From the human T2T-CHM13v2.0 reference genome, Homo sapiens, in the NCBI RefSeq assembly GCF_009914755.1, contig NC_060935.1: a stretch of DNA of 64,000 bases; one strand, given 5' to 3'. The notes below the pieces were generated by a model. It did no database searches. It saw nothing but the letters and a program-made list of their open reading frames with translations, and had not been told where the DNA came from. The position numbers and the translations under genes were made by a program. Below, piece by piece: positions 48,715 through 64,000 of the stretch. The stretch's first letter is position 1. Each line of letters starts with the position of its first letter.

Positions 48715-49130
48715 CTTAAAGTTACAAACAGACGAAATAGAATTTGTAAGGAACTTTATGACGCTATGGTTTTCTAAAGGAGGTCTTTGCCTTTTCTCCT
48801 TGTTTATTCACTGGAAAAGTTATCCAAAAAATAGACATTAGTAAATGTCTTTAAATGGAAAATGAAGAAAGTCACCACTTCATACTGAATTGACTGAGAA
48901 GGCTGTATTTGCTTTGACAGAAATCATCTCTTATCTCATGACAAAATTACATTAGGGTTAAAGGGGATAAGAGAGAAGTATTATAAAAGAGAAAAAAAAC
49001 AAATGTAATTCTCCTGCTAGTCCAGCAAAATTTTCTGAAGACTCACTTATATCTAAAGCAATATAGGTTAAAAAATAGCTCTCTGGAACTTTGAAAAAAG
49101 TTCCTTTTACGTTAAGAAATAAGATTTTAT

Positions 49131-49449
<319 letters not shown>

Positions 49450-50588
49450 GAGACCTTTTTTTTAAAAGCAGAGAATGTAAGAGTGAACTATATCTAAGAA
49501 ACTGCTAAATACTGTAATTGTATAAGCCCATCTAGTAAATGAGAACAATTCTTAAAAATGAAAATAAAATTCTTTAAGTTTTCCTCACCAAATTATAGAA
49601 AATAAAAGAAAATCCAATCAAACAAACCCTCTATGGGACTCAATAGTATGATCTAGGAATATTACAGTTTGAAAAAGAAAGTCACCAAAGATGATAGTTC
49701 ACAACAATGATTGGTCTCTCTTTCCACTTTCCCAGGCAAGACAAACTAAAACCTACCGCAGCAAAAAAATATTATCATAAACCTACTAGTGCATAGAAAA
49801 AAATAAATTCTTAGTCCATACATATTCTTTATAGGCTTGCTTCTTAGTTTTTGAAGGATAACTAATTATATGTTATAAAATTAAGAACATCTCAATATAT
49901 TCTCTCTAAATGGCTAAAAGTTAATTACTAACCAAAATCAAAGGCCATCCGATGGTAAGAACAGAATTATGAGTGTCAAAGTTTTACAGGCACTTCAAAT
50001 TAACAAGGTATTAATGAAAACACAAAGTGGAAACCTGGTTCTACAGATCTATAAAGTTCCTTTAAGACAAATGAACCATAATAAGAATCATTCATAAAAC
50101 AATAAAAAGCTCCTGTACCCACAGGCCTGATTATTTAATACATTCTAATTGTTTATACACAGACTATTTAAACAAGTCAAGGTACCACAAGTTATATTAT
50201 TCTAGTTTACAAACATAGCCAATTTCATACATTAAGAGACAATACAGTTATTATTCATTTCAGTAAAAGTAAAAATTGTATGCCTAAAAAGGCACAACAT
50301 CTACACATAGTCACAAGCAACTTAGCATTCTACAGAGCTAAATCTCTTTTTCTCTCTTATTTTGCTCTAGGACTAACTCACTCTTCCCAAAGTCTAAATT
50401 GGCACCAATAAAAGAATAATGACTAAACAGCTCCTTGAAGTTCTCATCTAGTGCTTGGGGGGATGGGACAATTTCTTTGGCTACCCCAGTTTAATATATC
50501 TAAACATTTTAAAAGCAGCATTATTTTTCCTTACACAGAATCTAAATTAGGACATTATAATATTTTTAATAAAATTTTTTTTCCTTAC

Positions 50589-50696
50589 CCCCAGAATCTA
50601 CAATAACATTTGTAGATTTATTTCCAAACACAGATTCAAAGTCAACATTAAGGCCAGCTGAAGGGTGTGGCTGTGCAACTGGAGAAGGAGTGAATC
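50589..50696 (-). CDS. PICALM: PICALM exon, 108 nt (GFTPSPVAQPHPSAGLNVDFESVFGNKSTNVIVDSG)
   Basis: tactcag| ... |gtaagg; phase 1-1. Confidence 0.97.
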
Positions 50697-53088
50697 CTGA
50701 GTAAACCAAAATGGAAAAAAGCTCAATTATTTAATAACTCTACATTTACGACTATTTAATAATGATGACAATAGAATGGAAAATGCACTAAATTCCCCAC
50801 ACAAAAACAAAGCCAATCCTTCAAGCAAAATGTTTTCTATATCACATTTTTCGCAGTGATTGCGTTTTCCCTAACAAAATCATCCTACTGACAAAATTAA
50901 CAAATGAGCAACTCACACTGAACTGAAAATATGCTTCATTACAGAAATCTTTGCTTATCTTTTACCTTAATTTTATATGCAGATAATCTTTAAAAAACTA
51001 AACACATCTAAAATTACAAGATTTTGCATGAAGCAAAACATTTAAGGGATCAGCTGAGAATGCAGTAAGAATTCTGTGGTGCTTTAAAAAACAAGTATGA
51101 AACTTCTAGTAGCCCCAAGATAAAAGTTTTTCTCCCTCCCACCTACCCATTTTCCGTATTTCTCTCCATCCTTCCTTCAACAGTTAATCAAAAGCGAAAT
51201 AGCTTAAGTTCAGTGATGGGATTCTGAATGTTCCAACTCACTAATCCTTATGTCCACCTGTATCCATATGCTTTTAAAACATCAAGGAAAAAAGATATGC
51301 CACTTTCAACTCTCAACCACTCTCTAACTTCAACTTAGTACTTGCAACAGTGGGGATGACAAGCACAAACTCAAGCATACTAATTAAGGTGACTCTAGTT
51401 TTGCAACACAAAACCATTAACAGACCTTATTCTTTCTTGCCTGCGTTACACTAATGCTAGTGGTATTACACAGACAATAAGCTCACATCTTTAAGATCAG
51501 CCTATACAGAGTTAACAAATATAAGATTTCCAATTATGTGAGGTTATATTTAAGTAAGGTTCTGAATGTCTAGGGGCTGAAAAGAATTAAAATCCCCTAA
51601 AAATATTAGGTCTGTCATGTGATTTGGAGAACTTTCAATCATTGAGTATATCCAAATAAATATCAACTTCACAAGGATCACAAAGAAGAAATTATTTCAC
51701 CTCGTGGAATGTCATAAGGCTCCTAAGGTCTCTTCCTTTTCTAAATTCTACTAAGTCAGAATATAAAAAACCCAAGAAGCAAACAAAAACCACCTATATT
51801 AGAAGGTTAAAAACTACACCATTAGGGAGAAGTTAAACTTTTGGTGTCCTAAATTTAGGATCCCTTTCTTCCCCTCCTCTATTCAGGTCAGAATCTCACT
51901 TTGAATTCTTAATGTGTAACACCAGGACATAAAGTATAATGATGTCATGCTGTACTAGAGAGACTGATCTCAAAGAAAACTGTAAAAAGTAGGACAAGAT
52001 TTGGTGAGATGTCCAAGAAGGTCCTCAAAGACAGAAACAACAATTTATTATTAGCAAAGAACCATACAAGCTGATCCACACTAATGATACTACTTTAAAG
52101 TAGCATTTTACACATCCTATAATGACTATTCTGTAGCGCACACATTTTTAGAGAATGTACCAGTTTGATCTTGTTCCATAATCACGTAACCCTTAAACTA
52201 CTATTAAGTCAAAGACATTGGTCATACAATGAGAACACAAAACACTATCAAAATACGAAATAATTTAGTATATAAATCTTCTGACTATTCATCAAAAGGA
52301 TCTGAGAATCCTAGACTTACCAATTTAATAATATTTTTAAGTGTGCAAGATGTTTAAGAATTATGCCATCAGCTTATTGGTTGTTCTCTTAACTCTTTAC
52401 ATAAAAAGCGAATGTATCTACTCAAGAAAAAAATCCATCATGCTTAATTATGTGTCCATGCTATCATCAGAGTGTAAGTAGTACAAACAATGTTCTTTAA
52501 ATCATTCTGGTAATAATCTTGGCTATTGATGTCACTAACTTTTAGATTATATATGGAACAACAATTTAAAATTAGGCCAATATATCAAATTCCCATTTTC
52601 TCCTGCTACTTTGCCTCAGCCTTCTAGAATATGATTGATATAAGAGATAAGCCTATCCTTTATAGTCACACAGAAATTACTTCATTACTTTCTGTAAAAA
52701 GAGGAGCCATCTCCTGAGGTGCCTAGAGGTACCAATCTGTGAAATTATGACATAATTACCTAAAAGTATACAAGGTTAGAAAGACTATAAAGTAACCCAG
52801 AACTTGTATCTCAAGTTTTAAAAACATCTATAAACAGAGGGAAAAAGTAAAAAAAAGTTAAAAAAAGAAATTAATAAATTGCAATAGCTAATCGGCTATT
52901 AATATTTGCTTAAAGTCACACAGTTATCAGGGAGGCAAGCAGTTTATTTCCAAATTTCCAAAGTAAAAATCTTTTAAGTAATTACTGCATGCCTGAAACA
53001 CATACACCAACAAGGTTAGAGTTTTACATCATAATTTCAATGCACATTATCGACTTTTTGTGAAACTATCAGGACTGCCAACTTTTAA

Positions 53089-53400
<312 letters not shown>

Positions 53401-55284
53401 CTCGCCAACTTTTAATTTTTAAAAGTTATTTAAAACAAAAAGACCCAGCTAGTATCACTATTCTAAAAGAGAAAGTTTACAGAAATACACACACACACAT
53501 ACACGCGTGCGCACATGCTAAAAAGAGCAGGCGCTGAGCTCTGAGTTAAGGTTAACTTTATGATATCATTACATTGTCCTGCTTACTCTTCCATTTCACC
53601 AAGGCCCAGTGAAAACTTTCTCACTAACCAGCACCAATCCACAGTTTATCATTTAGAAACCACTGGCCTGCAGGTTAAATCTCAAGAGGACAATAATAAA
53701 TTAATTGAAAAGTACAAGATCAACAAGCTTTGGGGACAGAAAGACATTCCAAACACCTTTTACAAAATTTGGGTGGATTGTTAATTGATTTTGGTGGTAG
53801 TTTCACAATAAATTAGGACTCATACTTTTTTGTCAAAGTAACTACTACCATTTATTAAACACTACTAAGCACTATGCAAGGGCTTTATAAACAGGGTATT
53901 ATTTAAACCTCACATAAACCCTATGACATAGTTATTATTATCCCTGTTTTACAGATGAGGAAACAAAGAGAGATTACATAATGTACCCAAGGTCAAAGAT
54001 TTAGTAAGCATCAGAACCAAGACTTGAACCCCCATTTGTTTGATTCTAGAATCTATTAGGGTTTTCAGTTTAATCCCAAGTATTTCACCTTACATAATAT
54101 AGTAAGTAGAAAAAGAAATTTTTTACTATTGCTATAACTATTATTAAAAACAACCCAAATTTTATGAACTTCTTGAGCTTTTCATTGCTAATATTAGACC
54201 AAAAAAAGTGAATAATCTTTGGCAATTTTAAAATCTAAAAGCAATAAAGAAAAAATCAATGTTTAAGATTTTAGTTGATGACTACATAATAATTTAGGTG
54301 AGAAGTACATTCTAATTATGATGTGGTCCACATATACAAGAATTTTAAATTCTTTAAATTTTCTGAGAGATAGGGTCTTGCATGTTGCCGAGGCTGGCCT
54401 CAAACTCCTGGCCTCAAGCTATCCTCCTGCCTCAGCTTCCTAATTAGCTGGAATTATGGGTACCAGCTACTGTACCCAGCTCCCGAGATGGTTTTTAGTA
54501 GTAGTCATTTTGATACTTTTATATACCTAGCAAAATGCTAGATGTTACATAGTCATGTATGTAAACTTCAGGACAATCCTGCAAGACACTATTATCCCAA
54601 CTTGCATAGCCTTAAAAAGGTTAAATACTTGCTTAAAGTCAAGTTCATGAAGCAGAACTAAAATTCAAACCTAAGTTCACTAGGCTCCAAGCATATACCA
54701 TCAAATGCCCTAATAAATTCCATTTTAAAATACATTTAGTCCTGTCCAATTCTTGTAATCAAGAGCCTCAATTCTTTAGTTGTGTCAAACATTCTTTTTA
54801 ATGCCAACTTAACTACAGTAATAACTACTATGCACACAGAAAATATCAGCTGGACTTTTGAGGTTTTATTGCTACCACACTGGCCTTGAACATATGTGGA
54901 AAGACATAGATAATACAAAACTTCAGATTCCATAACCTTGTAATATTAAAACGTTTTCATGCTTCTGAAAATTTAAGGTTTTGAGAATGGAGTAAAGTAA
55001 GAAGATGATAAGCAACTATTCATAAAACCACCAAGTGTTTAATTAAGGCAAATGAAGTTAGGCAAAAACTAGTGTGTTCTCTGAAAGCAAATAAGTATAT
55101 TTTTTCTTACCAAGTTTATAAAAACTCATTTTAAGAAAAAAAAAATCCTTCCTGCATAAATAAGTTGTAAAGATACTGTTATCTAGCTCCAAATGAGCTG
55201 GCTACAGTAGAAGAAACAAGGCACATAAAGGAAGTATTAGGACAAACTTAAGTGACACAAAAAATTCTGACAAGGCATACAAGG

Positions 55285-55418
55285 CAGGAAGGCAGGAAAG
55301 GAGTAAGGAAAGGGAGAAAAAGAGGGGAAGGGGAAGGAAAGAATCAGGGAAGCAGCTAGGGAGGCACGTGAGGAAGAAGAGGAAGAAGAGAAAAAAAAGA
55401 AAGAGAAGAGGAGGAACA
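55285..55418. repeat. GA-rich low-complexity tract
   Basis: Nearly all purines on the + strand. Confidence 0.8.
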
Positions 55419-56961
55419 GTTATGAGTGGGATGGGTAATCAAGAAAAACAAAAAATGGGGGGAGCCCAAGCACTTGGCATTCTTCAAATTACAACTTGCT
55501 AAAAAAAGAACTTAAGGCTCCATGAAGTATTAAAAAAACATATTCCGTTTGCATAAATTAGAAAGAAAAACCCAACACTGTATCTCATTAGAAAAGAAAT
55601 ATTAGGCAGTTGGCTTTTTAGCCAACACTATCGTGTCCTCTAATGTGTGGTTTTACAGCTAAGAAAGAAAGCCTACACACTTTCACAGACACTCACATAT
55701 GCAGCATAGTTAAGACCACGACTCTCCTTTATGTACAATTCAGTGTTCTTAAAGCTTCAATGAGGACAAGCTACCTATTACACTGATCATTGTATCAGAT
55801 AAATGTCTTCCCTCTGTCAAGGTCAGAGGCTATCTAGATACATAGCTCTTCTGATTTTTCTGGATTGTTCTTAATCCTATAGAGTAAGGGCTGGCAACTT
55901 GTATCAAAATGACATGAAGGAATTACTGCAATGAATTATCACACTTTGGATATATATGTGTTTTAAGCTATTAGACTAGTCATATTTTTACAACACCTGA
56001 CTTGGAACTTTGTCTGATCTACTAACTTGCTTTCTAGTTAATTCTTCCTTCTCTTCCTTCCTCTCACTTATATATATCTAAGAGAATATTTAGAATGTGG
56101 TCACATGATTTGTTGAGGGTATACTGATGACTTTCTGCATGCTGTTTTAATCAAATATTTAAATTCACATCACCGTTAAGCTGTTTCTCTGAACTGAACA
56201 AAAGAAATTTCATCATCTTTGGGGCTGAGGGGGAGCAGAGTTAGCATCTTTTTCAGCAGAATTCAAAAACATTTATTTCAGCTTCAGCATATACTTTAAA
56301 ACTTACTATTCCCTATATAACCTCAGTGTGAAATTCTGCCTTTTTATACTGTAATTACAGGATATCCAAGTCGTGTTTCTGCTTTACTATTTAAAATGAA
56401 ACACATACTTCCTACTTTTATCTCCATACTATCAATAAAGTGAAATCCTTCAGAATGGGATAAAAGATATGCATAGATTTTGGACAATATAAAACTGTGA
56501 CGTGCAACAGTTAAAAGAGAAATAAAATATTAAAGATAGCTGCTAAGAGTGATTAACCACCCTCTCTCCCAAGCACAAAGAGAAAAATATAATCACATAT
56601 AAACATGTAAGTTTAAGTGATGTTACTTTTCAACCAGTTCTCCAAACTAAAACAGGAAGCTGCATGTGATACTAGACAGCTAGAGTATTGCACTATAACA
56701 CGACAGAGAACCAAACACCAAAAAAAAAAAAAAAAAAAAAAGTTCAACATCAAGAGAAATTTTCCTAAAAGTCTGTATAAATAAAATTGGGATACCAGTG
56801 TCAATTTAAAAACCTCACTACATTATGGCTGGTTAGTTTTAGAATTTGATATTAAAATCTAAAGTAACTATTGCAGTGCTTTTAAAATAATTAATGGACA
56901 CGTAAAATATAGTTAGGCAGTATAAACATTGATTGGAAAAAAAGGTTAAATGGTACTTTAC

Positions 56962-57111
56962 CAACAAACATTTCATGAGTAGGTGTCCTAGTAGTAAAAG
57001 TAGATACATCTGAAGAAATGGAAAGGTGAACATCACCACTACTTTTTGTGAGGAAAGGATTTAAGCTTGGAATGGCATCATCAACAGCATCTACAGTAGC
57101 AGAGAAAGGAT
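56962..57111 (-). CDS. PICALM: PICALM alternative exon, 150 nt (DPFSATVDAVDDAIPSLNPFLTK...THEMFV)
   Basis: gcacag|AT CCT TTC ... GTT G|gtaaag; phase 1-1; DPF and NPF motifs; known long/short CALM cassette. Confidence 0.96.
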
Positions 57112-58535
57112 CTGTGCAGTCCAAATGTATTATAGCAAAATGAAGAAAGGAAGTAAATAAATTAGTATTGTAATTAGTCAAAAGATGCAAAGTGAAAAGT
57201 AGTAACTATATTATTGTTTATTAATCTTAAATATCTAAATTATCAAAAACAAAAAATACCTAATCATCAAGATAGAAGAATTGCATTTAACATATTTTTA
57301 AGTGAATCCTTAGAAAAAATCCTTTTATTTGTTAACACCACAAAGCCAACAGTCAGGTAGTTAAAAAATGGAATAATAACCAAGATGTTTCTATAAAGAG
57401 CCACCCATCCTGCACCAATCTTCCCTGTCCTAGGTGAGTGTGCTGGTCGTGGTGGTATAGCTGTGTTTACTTGAATAATTGATATTGACAATTGGTATGT
57501 GTGTTGTGAGTAAACTTTCAAAGAAAAAAAGAGGGTAATGACAAATTAGGGCTAAGAAGCTGTTTTTGGCATGTGCAGATAATTCCTGCATAGATTCAAA
57601 ATAAAAAATAAAGATGAAGAAAAAAATCTAAGGATGGGGGAAAGAATTTTAGATAATTAAGAACAGAGATGAAAGAATGTCCACTTAATAGACTGCGAAC
57701 ACCTTTGAATGTCTATCTAAGAGCTTTAGTCTTTAAATGAATTGCTAAAGGAACAACAAAAGTGTTGTTTGCCTACTAGAATGATATAAATATGTATTCT
57801 ATCAAATCCTTTATCTAAAGTTATTCTAGAGTCAGATAATTATTATACTGATACCTTATTCAAGATAATTATCATTCTAATGACTGAAATCTATTTTTCC
57901 TTACTTCTCAAGATTTAAAGAGCTAACTAAATGGGGAAAGAAAAAATAAAAAGCAGCAAAAATAGTATAATTTTTTCTTTGTAACATAATTAAAATAAGA
58001 GGATACTCCTGTAATTCTCAACAGTGGAATCTTCTTGTCTGTTCTAGTTTAGTTCTTGACCTTCACTGAAATATACTGTGGTATCTTCATAGTACTAGGT
58101 ACTGTATTTTACTCTTAAGATTGTATGATTGAACATTAAGAAGGCAACAGTGGCCTAAGGACCAGCTCATTTACTATGATATAGGCACACTTCCTTTAAA
58201 GTCAAAAAATTCAAGGCAAGCATTCTACAAGCTCAAATACAACTGTCTGAAAAAGGAAAAAAAAAAATCAAGAAAATACTCAGGTTATGATTTTAAAAAC
58301 AACACATCTTTTAAATACAACTTTTTCTGTAGTAAGAACTTTTCTATATAGTATTCTTATGGAACATCAATTCACACTAAAAAAAAAAAAGTCCTACAAA
58401 TCTATCAAAATATGCTGATTATGCTATTCAAACTCGAAATCTTTCCCATCATTCCACCCCCAATAAATGGAACACTGGGAAAAAAGAATCAGAAAACAGT
58501 AATTCAGAAATAGAAACTAGAAAATAGTTAAATAG

Positions 58536-61714
<3,179 letters not shown>

Positions 61715-63536
61715 TTATATGAGATTTCTTTATTTCAGTCTAAGTTTAAGTTAGTTTAGTCTAACTTTAATTTTAAAAATTAAAAAAAATATATCGATCT
61801 GATTGTCCTGGATATGAGTACTGACTTGAATTAGAACTTTCTTGGCTTAAAGTACTCTTCAGTATCATGCAGAAGTCAAAACCTTGTTTATCACCAACTC
61901 AGAAGCCAAATATCCTTATATGAAAGTTAAGACAGGATTTAATTCTGATTAATTTATAGGACTTAATATGGGGGAAATTTTTACAGAAACAGCATACAAA
62001 GCAAAATAACCGAAAATAGAAAAGTAAAACATGATTAAATGTATTCCAATATATTGCAGTCTGTCACATAGAGACTTTGATGGAATAATGTCTTATAACA
62101 GGACATAGAACAATTCTTACAGACTGAAATTACTTAGAATTGTTCTTCCACAGTAATAGTCTATCTGCTTTCATATGTGACTTTAACAAGTTCAAGTAGA
62201 AACTTCAACTTGTCATTTTTAGTTGTACATGGTGTCCAGACAAAACAGGAATTGCAGTTCAGCTTCTTTGAAATGTTTAATATATTTTTATTTGGCCTTC
62301 TATAAAATTTTTAGTCTATTTAGAAAAACAACTCAGCCTTAGTTTTAAAAAGACTACTACATTTCTTTAAAAAAGGAAATAAGCTGAAACTGCTTAAATG
62401 GTCATGTTAATTCTACTAACCTTTTCTAAAGCAATTCACAATAAGGCAGAAAATAATTAAGAATCCAAAAATCAGAACATAACATTAGGATATTAAGAAA
62501 CTGCTTTCTTAATCTTAATTTACTATCTATAGTTCATTCTGAAATAATTCTAAAATACTTAACTTTAAACTATTAATATCTTGTCATTTTTAGGAATTAC
62601 TCTCAGATCTTAAAACTTAGCTAAATTAAACTAGCCTTCAAAGTCAATTAGTTTTTTAAATCAAGTTCAGGCTCACAAAATTACCATGAAATCTAGTGTT
62701 TTAGGGTTTTACTATCTGCTCCGTGCCCCACCTTATTCAACAAACATTTACAAACTACTTGTCGGAACAAAATATTTTAAAACCTGCCTTCACAGAGCTT
62801 ACTTTCTAGGATATAGTTCCTTCAAAAAAATAATTTAAAATGTTCTTAAATTCAAATCATTAAAATAAAATGAAAAAAAGCTTTGTTTATATACTGTAAA
62901 AACTCATTAGAATAATTAACTTATCTTGCTATGAGAGATAAGCCTATCACTTCAGAACTGCTTAAGGGCAGCAAACATTCTTATTGGTACAAGGGGAAAA
63001 TTCTTTGACTAGCAAAATCTTTCAGGTCTTAATTAAAAAAACATTTAAAACATTTATGTCTTGACCATAAAGCTGGTCGAGACAATTATGGTCACAACAT
63101 GTTCCCTGTGTGATAATACCATCTGAGTTTTATTAGAACTATATCATATACTTAACACAAAGATAAGTTATTCCCCAAAAGTTAAAAAAAAAAAATTCTA
63201 CACCAAAATCGAAATAACCACCATGCATTTTCTGGTTATGGAATAAAAATTCAACATTAAAAGAATAATCTCATAGTTAAAAACACACTTGGTCCTTCCT
63301 CTTACATTTAGTTTTATCTTTATTAAATGTCATTTCATAATTTAATTGAACATAAATTCCTAAATTATTTATAATAAATGAACATACCTTCAAGGGATAA
63401 AATTGCTTCATTGCCATTTTAATACTTATCAAGTTCTCATGTATCAAGTGTAATAAAAAACTACAAATAAGTAAACACCACAGAATGAGGAGGAGAGATG
63501 CATGTAACATCTAAAATAGAATTCATCAATGCTTAC

Positions 63537-63640
63537 CTCCCCATGTACTTGCTACCTGAGAAGCAGTTGACATAGGATGTACAGATGGGTGAAAAGTTGG
63601 CTGCTGCAAATCAAGCAGATCATTGGGCAGCTTTGATGTG
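63537..63640 (-). CDS. PICALM: PICALM exon, 104 nt (TSKLPNDLLDLQQPTFHPSVHPMSTASQVASTWG)
   Basis: tttctag|C ACA ... GGA G|gtaagc; DLL clathrin-binding motif; phase 2-1. Confidence 0.97.
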
Positions 63641-64000
63641 CTAGAAAGATATTTTGGAAACGTGTTTTATTTACCAGAAAAACTTTGCTACTTTAGTGTC
63701 ACCTTCTCCACCCACCACAGATAAAAACATTAAAAACAAGGGAGAAAAGTCTCATTAATATAAATCTCAAAAGAGGAACAGTTTCTTCATATGACAGCAT
63801 ATTTCTAAGGAGGCTTGGAAAAATAATCTAATATCATATCTTAAGTTTATATAAGATTCAAAGAACAGTAGCTCTTCTGAAAAGGATGAATGTCTTCCCC
63901 TAGAAAAAACTAATTTCCCTATTAAAATGAACCTAAACAACAAGATTCTAAAATACAAAATATCACAGCAATTTTAATATTTTTAATAAAACTCTTTTCT

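Noticed and set aside
56891-57190. 99-aa ORF as a standalone gene
   Set aside because: It is the 150-nt PICALM exon with open intronic flanks
63670-63750. Possible donor (ctg|gtaaat) and pyrimidine tract upstream of the 104-nt exon
   Set aside because: It would leave an intron of only ~35 nt and there is no convincing acceptor

Overview
Human (primate) genomic DNA; the locus is recognisable as 11q14. Bases ~23,900-64,000 carry the 3' half of PICALM (CALM, clathrin adaptor) on the minus strand. I located 9 main coding exons, a 24-nt microexon, a long 3'UTR with three poly(A) signals, and a 103-nt cassette exon encoding an AP180/SNAP91-like alternative C-terminus that the ORF track misses. Bases 1-23,000 are intergenic and repeat-dense. 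An old L1 is broken by nested LTRs, and one of these (MER4A-like) is split by a processed SLC25A1 pseudogene. A HERV-S/HERVL18 provirus (TSD GACTA) has its 5' LTR, PBS and gag start replaced by a tailless L1 fragment. Two human-specific AluYb8 copies flank one in-frame PICALM exon. I found no prokaryote-style or wholly new system; the best leads concern splicing and retroelements. Repeat subfamily names and exon numbers come from recalled consensus sequences, not from a search.
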